A stretch of 64,000 nt of DNA from the human T2T-CHM13v2.0 reference genome, Homo sapiens. Positions 12,441 to 23,431 of this stretch are shown here, piece by piece. The stretch's first letter is position 1, and the number at the start of each line of letters is the position of its first letter. The notes beneath the pieces are model-generated. The model had not been told where the DNA came from. It saw nothing but the letters and a program-made list of their open reading frames with translations, and did not search any database. Made by a program: the position numbers and the translations under genes. The DNA is taken from NCBI RefSeq assembly GCF_009914755.1, contig NC_060937.1, one strand, 5' to 3'.

Positions 12441-12764
<324 letters not shown>

Positions 12765-14261
12765 TTAAGACATTATAATATCTTTTGTTTTGGTGGTGGT
12801 TGTATATATTCTTGCTAATCAAAATATGTGAACCTTCTAACACATACTATTTAAATGGAACAACACATTCTGTGTTTCAATTTCTGTCTTATACATAGTG
12901 AATATTTTTCTGTTTAAGTAAATAAAATGGCATAGTTATATTCTTGGGGGCCTTTAAATCTAGGATAGACATCTTGGTATGAATACACATTTATGGCACA
13001 TACATATGGTAAAGTGAAATATTAAACCAAGATATGAAAGAATCTTTTGTCAAGTACAAGGCAAAGTCTTTTAACAATGGTTATTATTGATGAGAGCCAG
13101 CTACTCTTAACATTATTCACATTAATTGATTAGACAGTCAGTAGTGTCTTGGTGCTCCATCGTGATGTTATCTGGCTAGTGTGCTGCATAAATATTTTTA
13201 TATCATTTAAAACTGTGGCCTGTAAAATCCATAGTTGTAAGGATTAGTCCCTTTATCTTGACACTAGATAGAAGTATTTTTGGCCAATCTCTTGGGAAAA
13301 ATATGCCCTAAAATATTGGTTTTACATGATCCCATATTTTGCACGTTCCATACAAAAGTACAAATACGGCTCCCATATCAGATATATTTCTTCTCATCAA
13401 CAGACTATATTTACTACAAACTTTGGGATAAATATTTACCCATTTTTGCTCTAAAAATAGATACTTAACAGCACTTGTTGAGAGCCATGCTAATCAATTT
13501 CATCTGGCCTCTAAAACAGGTGTCATTTTGATAAATGGTCCTAATTAAGCTGAGATATAAAGTAGGAAGCCGATTGAGTTAATGCATTGGCACCTATATG
13601 GCCACGGTCAGACAAGTACAGATGTTACGATGAGGTAAAGGCAGCCCTTTATTAACTTGGTTAAGTTTTCAAGTTCTACATCTCCCGTTGTTTGATCAAA
13701 GAACCTCTGTACTGTGACACCACTGGCTTTAACTTGCATTTATTCACATGGTTGCAGGAGACAAAGGTAGCTATGGAAAATTTAGCTCTTTCAGGTTATT
13801 TTTTAAATAACTGATTTCTATCCTGCAGTGAGAGACAAATGCATAAAAATGATTAATTAGACAAGAAGCCTCATTGTTTCCAATCTATGAGTCATATTTT
13901 TTTCTGCACAACATGGGTTTCAACTGCTGGAAACAAAGCTCTTTTATGTCTTCTTATATTAATTTCAATACAGATTGTCCAGGTAGAGAATGTGCAGAAG
14001 GCCTTCATTGCATGCTTCTTCATGATTGTTGGTGCAAGATGACACAAGGACTGACCTTCTCTTTTGAATTCCAGTTGCTTTATGATCTCACAGTATCAAA
14101 TTATACCATCAACAATTCTACGGTTGGGTATTCCAAGAGAGGACTTGTAATTTCTCTTTTTATCTCTACTTATTCATTAAAAAATTCATGGGAATAGGAG
14201 AGGTATGTTGAGGGCATATTTTAACAATCTCGGAGAACTTAGTTCAGTTGATCTTTCTTAG

Positions 14262-14904
14262 AAGGTTATCACCTCAGCCTTCTAATAAAGGATCAAGTAG
14301 TAGATATTTCAGGCTTTGTGGGCCATATATTCTCTGTTGCAGCTACTAAATACTGTTGTTATGATGTGAAACCAGCCATAGATAATACATATGTGAATAG
14401 GTATGGCTGTGTTCCAATACAACATTATTTATGGCTATCAAAATTTGACATTTCATATAATTTTCATGTGTAATGAATATATAGTTTTTCTGAGACAGAG
14501 TCTTCCTGTGTCACTCAGGCTGGAGTGCATTGGCACAATCTTGGCTCACTGCAACCTCTGCCACCTGTGTTCAAGTGATTCTCCTGCTTCAGCCTCTGAG
14601 TGGCTGGGATTACGGGATTACAGCCAGCTGCCACCACACCCAGCTAATGTTTGTATTTTCAGTACAGACAGGGTTTCATCATGTTGGCCAGGCTGGTCTT
14701 AAACTCCTGATCTCAAGTGATCCGCCTGTCTCGACCTCCCAAAGTGCGAGGATTACAGGTGTGGACCACCGTGCCCGGCCTGTCATGAATATTCTTTATT
14801 TTTTTATGCAACCATCTAGAAATATAAAAATGTTCTTAGCCTGTAGCCATACAAATACAGGCAATGGGCCAGTGTTGGTCCATGGGATGTTGTTTGCCAC
14901 CCCT
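14262..14904 (+). mobile_element. MER58B (hAT-Charlie) split by an Alu
   Basis: GGCTTTGTGGGCCATAT...GGCTGTGTTCCAATAC...TTTCATATAATTTTCATGTG [Alu] ...GTTTGCCACCCCT. Confidence 0.85.
14483..14780 (-). mobile_element. AluSz/Sx
   Basis: Full dimer, CTCAAGTGATCCGCC; TSD TGT(A/C)ATGAATAT at 14469-14480 and 14781-14792; internal GGGATTAC duplication. Confidence 0.93.
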
Positions 14905-15464
14905 TATTTTAATGCATTTCTTGAAACTCTGTGCAAAGGAATTAAGCATTGTTTCTGCCTTCAGGGAACTTTTCATTCAGATGGAGGAAAAGTCAGTCAC
15001 ATAAAAACGGATCAATGTAATAAAACAGAACGTCATTAAAGGCTAAAACAAAAACCATACTAATTCTCTGGCCAGCCCCAGAAGGAGGAAGAGGGACCAG
15101 GAGAGGGTGAGTTAAGGAGCAAGCATTGCACAGAGGAATGTGCGTGTAGGCGTGGGTGTGAGGAGAGCAGTGTGGATGGAGAAGCAGAGGTCCTAAGGTA
15201 CATGCAGCTCAGACAAGAAAAGGCAGAAGATGCTTTTTAAATTTAGGAAGGGTTTCAAGTTATCATAAGGGAGCCAAAATGTCACCCATTTCAAGATCTG
15301 GTTTTGCTCTTTTGTATAGCCATCAAAATACCAAAAAGTGAAATTAATTATATACTTAGTTTGAATGCCATGGTTTATGCTGAAAAACCCAGGAGGGGTA
15401 CTGATTTTGGTTTTCTCTGATTTTTGGGGCCTATCACTTTGGTGCTAGACAGCACTTGCCATTT

Positions 15465-17150
15465 CTCATTCCTCCATGTACATTTGGTCATTCGGTAATC
15501 ACTATTACACCACCTTCTGTGAGTTAAGAATTAGACTGGTGCATTAGTCAGGTCAGGCTGCTATAATAAAATACCATACTCTGGGTGGCTTAAAAAACAG
15601 GCACTTATCTCTCACAGTTCTGGAGTCTGGGACGACTAGCTTAAGGTGCTGGTGGATTTGGTCCTAGTGAGGGCTCTCTTCCTGGCTCACAGATAGCTCC
15701 CTTCTCATGGTGTCTTCATGTGGTGGAGAGAAAGACAGGAAACACGCCCTCTAGTGTCTGCTCTTAAAAGGGCATTAATGCTACCATGAAGATTCCATCC
15801 CCATGACCTTATCTAACCAACCCTATTATCTCCCAAAGGCTCCACCTTCAGTTATCATCATATTTGGAGTTAGGGCTTCAACATATAAGTTTGGGGGTCA
15901 CAAACATTCAGTCCATAACAAATGGGTATTGAGGATATAAATAACAGAAGAGAACATAATTTCAGCCTTCAAGGGGTTCACTATCTCAGGGGGAGACCCC
16001 CCCCTTTAGGCTCTTAGTATTACAGAGTGATACATGATGAAATAAAGGGCACATTGCAAGGGAGGATTCAGGCAGAAGCACTTAACTCTGCTTGGAAGGT
16101 TAGGGCAAGGGAAGGATTCACAGAGAGGGAAACATTTAGGCTGTGTCTCAAAAGACAAGTAAGAAGTAACCAAGAAGAATATTCTCTACAGTACATGTGG
16201 AGTTAGGAAAGCACGGGGTATGTTCAAGAATTGCAAGTAACTCAGGTTAGAGCATGGGAAGAACATGTTGAATTGGCAGAAGATGAGTCTAAAAGAGCAT
16301 CAGAGCTTAGGAGTTTGAAAGATTTTTCATATTAAGGAGTTTCAACTTTATCCTGTGGGTAATGGTGAGTTGTTGAAGGACCCTGAGAAGAGTAGTGATA
16401 TACTCATTTTTGTCTTTTAGAGTGTAATGTTGAAGATGGATTGGAGTGGGCAACAGGATATGGCAGGGAAACAAGAGCCCATCATTTTGGTCCATGTGAG
16501 AAATGATGAAAAGTTAGAAAGGCATTGAGGCTTGGAACGGAGAGGGTAGAAAACTCTCAGGGTACTGGTTTTGACAACTGTATGGATGATCAACCAGATA
16601 GGGATCACTGGATTGATTTGATGGGAAAGGTAAATTGAGTTTTTGGAGATGCTGAATTTGCGGTTCCAAGTGTAACTATTCAGATCCTAGATGAAATATG
16701 GGTCTGGAGATGCAGACTTGGGAGTTACTCAGCATGAAATTGTAGTCAAAGCCTTGGGAGCTGAGGAAACAGGTCAGGGAGGGTGAGTTATAGGAGAAGA
16801 GGAGGTCCAAGGATGGAATTTGGTGAAGACCAATATCTGGGAGGAGCATAGGAGCAGTATGGAAGCCAAGAGAGGACTGGATGGGAATGGAGGAAGTGGA
16901 GGCATGAGTGTAGACTTCTCTCACAAAAATGGAACTAAATTGCTTTTGGGGGCCTCAAAGTCAAGAGAAGCTTTCTAAAAGATGGGCAGTATCTGAGCAT
17001 GTTCACAGGCTGAGATGATGGGGCCAGTAAAGACAGATGGTTCATGATATAGCAGAGAAAGGAGGCAGGGTCCTGAAAATGTTAGGATCCAAATGATTAA
17101 CTTGGATAGGAATGGAACCCAAGACAAACAGAAAGACGTGAAGATACTTG
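15465..17150 (-). mobile_element. Long L2 relic interrupted by MLT1A
   Basis: L2 hallmarks ACTTTATCCTGTGGGTAATGG, GTCCATGTGAGAAATGATG, GGGTCTGGAGATGCAGACTTGGGAGT. Confidence 0.75.
15540..15920 (-). mobile_element. MLT1A0-like solo LTR (MaLR)
   Basis: TGCATTAGTC...GGCTGCTATAATAAAATACCAT...TCTCACAGTTCTGGAG...AACATTCAGTCCATAACA; TSD ACTGG/AATGG. Confidence 0.88.
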
Positions 17151-17399
17151 CGGAAATTGACAAATATAGTGGTTGAGGATTAAGAAGTTAAGGCGGCTCC
17201 CACCTGGATCTACATCTTGTCTATATGGGAGGTGGTAAGACCACCTACCCTGGGTAAGGTGGAAAGAGAGGTATGAAGGGTAATGTGGAAGTGGCCAGTT
17301 AGGAAAGCAGGGAGGGGCTGCCTCAGTGAAACTCCAGAATGTGTGCATGTTGAGGGAGGGATTGGAGAAGAAAGCAAGTGGGACCAGTACAGAGCTCCT

Positions 17400-17943
17400 C
17401 CATCCTTACTGTGCCTGTTGATCCTGTGGGAATCTTGCTAACATGCAGATTTTGATTCATTAGGTCTGGGGTGGGGCTTGAAATCCTGAATTTGTGACAC
17501 TCCCAAGTCCCAAGTGATGCTGATACTATAGTCCTGTATTAGTCCATTCTCACACTGCTATAAAGAAGTGCCTAAGAATAGGCAATTTATAAAGAATAGA
17601 AGTTTAATTGGCTGACGGTTCCATAGGCTGTACATGAAGAATGGTTGGGGAGGCCTCAGGAAACTTATAACTATGGCAGAAAGCAAAGGGGAAGCAGGTG
17701 TGTCTTACATGGCCAGAGCAGGAGGAAGGCGGGAGGGGAGGTGCTACACCCATTTAAACAACCAGATCTCATGATAACTCACTATCATGAGAACAGTACC
17801 AAAGGGGAGATCCACCCTGTGATCCAGTCACTTTCCACCAGGCCCCACCTCTCACATTGGGATTTACAATTGGACATGAGATTTGGGCAGGGACACAGAC
17901 CCAAGCCATATCAAGGCCCATGCGCAAAAGTTTGAGTAGCAAG
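17400..17943. mobile_element. MER5A-like hAT MITE split by MSTA
   Basis: ATGCAGATTTTGATTCATTAGGTCTGGGGTGGGGC...CAAGTGATGCTGAT [LTR] ...TTTGAGTAGCAAG. Confidence 0.75.
17535..17913 (-). mobile_element. MSTA solo LTR
   Basis: TGTATTAGTCCATTCTCACACTGCTATAAAG...CCAGGCCCCACCTC...CCAAGCCATATCA; TSD AGTCC/AGGCC. Confidence 0.9.
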
Positions 17944-20342
17944 AAAGTAGGACGTTTTTCTGGAACTGGCTTGTATATACTCGCTGTATTTACTAAGATT
18001 ATATGTTTATGTGAAGGGTGGGGTTAGATGAAGACTGCTGATAGAGTACATAGGGGGGTTAACCTTCTGACGCTAGCCTCAGTCTCTGTACTGACCAGTC
18101 ATAAAGTGTAAATACAAGCTATTGTTCCCTATGATGTTGGAAATAAAAATGTTAATGACACCAGTGTGAAGGATTGTGTGCTTGTTTCCAGCAGCATTTG
18201 TCTGCTTGGGTATAAGAGGGATACACATAGCCCATTGTTCTGAAGGGGAGTGTGGTAGGAAAGTTGAAGAAATGTGCCGCATTGACCAGATCTGGAAAAG
18301 AGGTACAGCACATAGCCTGGAGAGGGTGTTAAGGTGCAAGAGTGAGAAAACTGGATTGTTACGAAATTATGTTCTGAGAGTGTGAATTCAGAGTATAAGA
18401 TGCTAGAGCAGAGGTAGGTAGCCTGAGATATGACACAGTTCAACAGTGGCTATCAGTGTGGTTGTTAAGTAGGTGTTGGGATGGATGGCAGGAGTTGAGG
18501 ATCAGAGAAAGACAAATGTGAAAGCTTCGCTGGTTGTGAAAAAGATCATAGGATTGTAGTAATAAGGAAAAGGAGGTGTTGGGGATAGTAGAGTCAGAGG
18601 TCATGAGCCTCTGAGAAATGTCCTACAAAGGTAGGAGAGTAACCAGAAATGGCAGACAAAATATAAACAAGAATGCTTCTGTATTGGGTGTGAGAGAATG
18701 TGCAGTCTCCACCAGAGAGGGCTAAAAGGGGAAAATCAGTACCTAGGAAGTGCAGGATCTAAATAGGTTGGTGAAGAGCTCTGAGCATCCTGAGATAAGC
18801 TTGAAAAATCACAGATGGGAGTGTCAGGGGGACAGTGGTGATGAGCAGGAGGGTTTCCAGGGAGCCCAGAGACAAGGACTGGAGAGGGATTGGCTGTGGG
18901 GGAATCAGGTGCAACCAGGGAAGGGAAGATCAGTAGGAAGATGAACATGGGAGAAATGATCGGTACCTAAAGATGATTTCCCTTGGTGCTGTGCTCAAAG
19001 ATGAGAAGCAACAGAGATTTTGTTGACTGGTCTAGGGGTTCTGGCTGAAACTTGGGTAAAAATGATGTTGGGAAAGAAATTAGCAAACGTGTTCCCAGGA
19101 TGGATGTGTTGGGTGGTTAGGCCTAGTGTGTTTCATGATGTATGTGGCCTTGGTCAGCCAAAGAAGAGGTCTGCTTATTTTATGCCTACCAAACAAGAAA
19201 CCTCTACAGGTTTAATTTCATACTTTTGGTAAACATGTTAAGCATTCTTTTTGAATGACAGTGCAGAAGAATCTATTGCATGATTGATACATTGCCTTTT
19301 TAAAAATAAAATACTGATTTTGTGTAAATAATATGTTTTTCTCTAATTGTAGTGTGGAAATATTTCTATAAATTGGAAAACAAAAAAATTACAATAAAAT
19401 GAATTTCTAACTTCCTGCCCTAAGTGGGACCACTATTAGGCTAGCAAGAGTAGAATTTCCATCCAGAAAAAGGACTTTTTATTTATTTTTTCTTGAAGTT
19501 ATATAAGGTATTATATGCAAAAGTCTTGTCATGGCTATGGAATGGGTAGAATATTGCAGTGTTGCATCATTGGTTCTTTTTGTTCCTTTAGTTTTGTGTA
19601 GTAGCTATTACTGTACCATTGAAAGCAATAGCCAGTGGAAAATGCGGTTTTGAACTTGATGAATATAGAACATTCATTTTATTATAAAGGGTTTGGAATA
19701 ACTAAGAAATCAACTATAGTTTGAAGAGTTCCAGCAAAATAAATCTGAAATGGAAAGAGAAACAGTGATGAGGGCTGGAAAGGATACATAACAAATGAAG
19801 ATAAAGCCAGTTATGAGGAAGACCGAAAACACAGAAGGAAATTGGGAGAATAATAAAGGAGATAATGAAACACAATAGAAAACAATGAGATGATAGCCAT
19901 TTGTGTTTACCTGGGAGCTTCACTCAGAAATTAAACTTGATAGGAAGAGGGAATGTGGAGAGGTTGGGCAGCAAGCTGATAATGACTTGGTACCTGAAGT
20001 TTAGAGATGTGGTCGGAGCAAGTCTGTCAATAGGAAATAAAATTTATAGAAGGAATTTAAATATAATTCAGGGAGCTTTTGGGGATTTAGTGTTAAGGAT
20101 CAACATGGTCAAAATTACAGCAGGAAATAATTTGCATTCAGGATGCAGACTCACAAAGAAGCCAGGGAGAGGCATTTTAGGGGAAAGAATGTGGTTACCT
20201 TACTTACTGTGTGTTGGATGGGACACACCATAGCACATCAACATACCCACGTTCTGCAATGGATGCAACTTATAAACAAGACTCTTTCTTTTGGGTCTTT
20301 GTTTTTTCATCTGTTAAAAAAAAAAAAAAGGAAGGAAAAAGA

Positions 20343-20638
20343 AGCCAGGCATGGTGGCTCACGCCTGTAATCCCAGCACTTTGGGAGGCTGAGGCAGGCA
20401 GATCACCTGAGGTCAGGAGTTTGAGACCAGCCTGGCCAACATGGTGAAAACCTGTCTCTACTAAAAATACAAAAATTAGCCGGGCATGGTGGCACGTGCC
20501 TGTAATCCCAGCTACTAGGGAGGCTGAGGCAAGAGAATCGTTTGAACCCAGGAGACGGAGGCTGCAGTGAGCCTAGATCTAGCCTGGGTGACAGAGCAAG
20601 ACTCTGTCTCAAAAAAAACCAAAAAACAAAAAACAAAA
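20343..20638 (+). mobile_element. AluSx with a short right-arm deletion
   Basis: GATCACCTGAGGTCAGGAGTTTGAGACC; right arm lacks GCGCCACTGCACTC. Confidence 0.93.
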
Positions 20639-20999
20639 TGTATTAGTCTGTTCTCATGCTGCTAATAAAGACATACCCAAGACTGGGTAATTTATAAAGA
20701 AAAAGAGATTTAATAGACTCACAGTTCCATATGGCTGGGGAGGCCTCATAATCATGGTGGAAGGCAAAGGAGGAGCAAAGACATGTCTTACATGGCAACA
20801 GGCAAGAGAGAATGTGAAGGGGAACTCCCCTTTATAAAACCATCAGATCTCATGAGACTTACTATCATGAGAAGAGCCTGGGAAAGACCCACCCCCATGG
20901 TTCAATTACCTCCCACCATATCCTTCCGATGATACGTGGGAATTATGGGAGCTACAATTCAAGATGAGTTTTGGGTGGGGACACAGCCAAACCATATGA
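20639..20999 (-). mobile_element. THE1B/C solo LTR
   Basis: TGTATTAGTCTGTTCTCATGCTGCTAATAAAGACATACCCAAGACTGGG...GGGACACAGCCAAACCATATGA. Confidence 0.92.
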
Positions 21000-21009
21000 A
21001 AAGAATATA

Positions 21010-21450
21010 CCCAAGCTTGGCAAGGTACAAGGGCACTCTTAGATGCTGCTTATACAAACTTCCTCTGAAGACAGTTGGATAATATGTTTCAAAAACCTTA
21101 GAAATTCCCATTTTCTATGCCTAAATAATACTATGTCAAATGATTTGTTGTAGATAATATCTAAAGATATCTTCAAAGATTTATGCCTAGGGTTGCTCAT
21201 ACAGTATTATTTATAATAACCCAAATTTGGAAACAACCGAGACATATAAAAATAGTAAATTGCATAAATAACTCTCAGCTGATTTATCCAATGTGATACC
21301 ATGCATTTATTAAGACCATGTTGTAGAAGAATCTTTAATGTTGTTGGAAAAATGTGATATACAGTTAAGGAAGAGAAGTAGTTTCCCATAGTTCGTATGA
21401 TATGGGGAAATAATATATATGACTAAATGTATAGATGAGTACTGGATATT
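21010..21450 (+). mobile_element. L1ME-like ORF2-end/3' fragment
   Basis: CAAAGATTTATGCCTAGGGTTGCTCATACAGTATTATTTATAATAACCCAAATTTGGAAACAACC. Confidence 0.65.
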
Positions 21451-22024
21451 TCATTATTATTTATGATTGCTAGTCGAAAAAAATTTATATTAGGGGATTA
21501 TCTAGAAATCTAGCTTTTAAGAAGTACTCTGGTTGAGCTGCCACACCACAAGGATTTGAACTAGTCAGAGCAGGCAGTCAACTGATGTTTGAAGGTGGGC
21601 TTCCCCACAACCCTATCAAGCAGAAACTGTTTTTTATCAAAGCGGAATGCAGGCTGCTTGGAGCCACACATAGAACCAGCAAAGAGGAAGCCACAAATGG
21701 GTCATAGGGGAGTAAGATGGGATCACCATTCCTAGCAAATAAATCTAAAATACCAACAAAAAGTTTTCAGTGAAATGTAAAATAAATAAAAAGGGCGTAG
21801 CATGGGTTGTTTTTTTTCCTTGTCCTCTATTATTTTTTTTAAAGATTTAGCAATCTCCTCCCCCAACCACCATTCAAAAACCCCTGAACAGATATAACAC
21901 CTTTACCTCCAAATCCTAGTTGTCATCTACTGATCTCCTGGTCATCCCTCTTCGTTAATTGAAGATTAGCTCCTGATGCCAAAGTCTTATTTCCTTCCCC
22001 AAACCAGATTATTATTTTTATGGC

Positions 22025-22570
22025 TGTATTAGTCAGGGTTCTCTAGAGGGACAGAACTAATAGGCTACATGTATATATGGAGGGGAGTTCATTAGGAGAA
22101 TGGGCTTACATGATCACAAGGTAAAGTCCCACAATAGGCCATCTGCAAGCTGAGGAGGAAGGAAGCCAATCCAAGCCCCAAAACCTCAGAAGTACGGAAG
22201 CCAACAGTGCAGCCTTCAGCCTGTGGCCAAAGGCCAGAGAGTCCCTGGCAAACCACTGGTGTAAGTACAACAGTCCAAAAGCTGAACAACTTGGAGTCCG
22301 ATGTTTGATGGCAGGAAGCATCCAGTACTGGAGAAAGATGATGGCCTGAAGACTCAGCAAGTCAGCTCATTTTACGGCTGCTTTTTCTAGTCATGCTGTT
22401 ATGCTGCTAGCTGATTGGAAGGTGCCCACCCAGATTAAGGGTGGGTCTGCCTCTCACAGTCCACTGACTCAGGTGTTAACCTCTCTAGCAACACCCGCAC
22501 AGACGCACCCAGAAACAATATCTTGCATCCTTCAATCCAATCAAGTTGACACTTAATATTAACCATCACA
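22025..22570 (-). mobile_element. MLT2A2-like (HERVL) solo LTR
   Basis: TGTATTAGTCAGGGTTCTCTAGAGGGACAGAACTAATAGG...CAATCCAATCAAGTTGACACTTAATATTAACCATCACA; 546 bp. Confidence 0.9.
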
Positions 22571-23076
22571 GGCAGCTTTGACACCCATTCACTCATCCAA
22601 CCCCTAGCCTCTTGGTTCCCTTATCTTTTCAAACAATCACCTTTTCTGCTGTCCCCTGCAATACAGTCTCACTGTCCATTCCTCACCTCTGCCACTCTCT
22701 CTTCACTTTCCTCCATACTCAGCTTAGACTCCATAGTTATCCCCCATAACTCCCTTGCTAAAGCCCTCAACTTTTTTACCTTTCTTCTTCTGTTATTTAT
22801 TTCTAGAAAAACTCTGACGCCATGAATCTGTCATTCACTGTCTCCTTGCCAGCACTCAAGCAGCTGAATATTCCTAGAGAAGAAATACACAAGAGGTGCC
22901 AAGATTTAATTTTAAATGCATGATCAAAAACCTCAAATAGCCAGTCAGCACCAAACTGCTATCCTACTATACTTCTCCAATAGGCTCAATTTCCCACTTC
23001 CTGAAATGGCTCTGTCCTTTCATCTGCTCTCCTCAAATCTTTTTAGACCTCTTCTTCCCACTTCTCTGTCAGCTGG

Positions 23077-23431
23077 TGTATTACTCCATTCTCATGCTGC
23101 TTTGAAGAAATACCCAAGACTGGGCAAATTATAAAGAAAAGAGGTTTAATTGACTCACAGTTCCATGTGGCTGGGGAGGCCTCAGGAAACTTACAATTAT
23201 GGGAGAAGGCACCTCTTCACAGGGCAGCAGTAGAGAGATTGAGAACTGAGCCAAGGGGGAAGCCCCTTATAAAACCATCAGATCTCATGAGAAGTTGCTC
23301 AGGAGAATAGCTTGGGGAACCCCACCCATGATTCAATTTACCTCTCACTGGGTCCCTCCTACAACACATGGGGATTATGGGAGCTACAATTCAAGATGAG
23401 ATTTGGGTGGGAACACAGCCAAATCATATCA
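23077..23431 (-). mobile_element. THE1D solo LTR
   Basis: GAGGCCTCAGGAAACTTACAAT...GGCACCTCTTCACAGGGC; perfect TSD GCTGG at 23072-23076 and 23432-23436. Confidence 0.92.

Noticed and set aside
14530-15039. 169-aa ORF, longest in the track
   Set aside because: Non-ATG start; translates antisense Alu then MER58B sequence; no domain.
20890-20915. DUX4 site in THE1 LTRs
   Set aside because: The TAATTGAATCA position is mutated here and in the other THE1 copies inspected.
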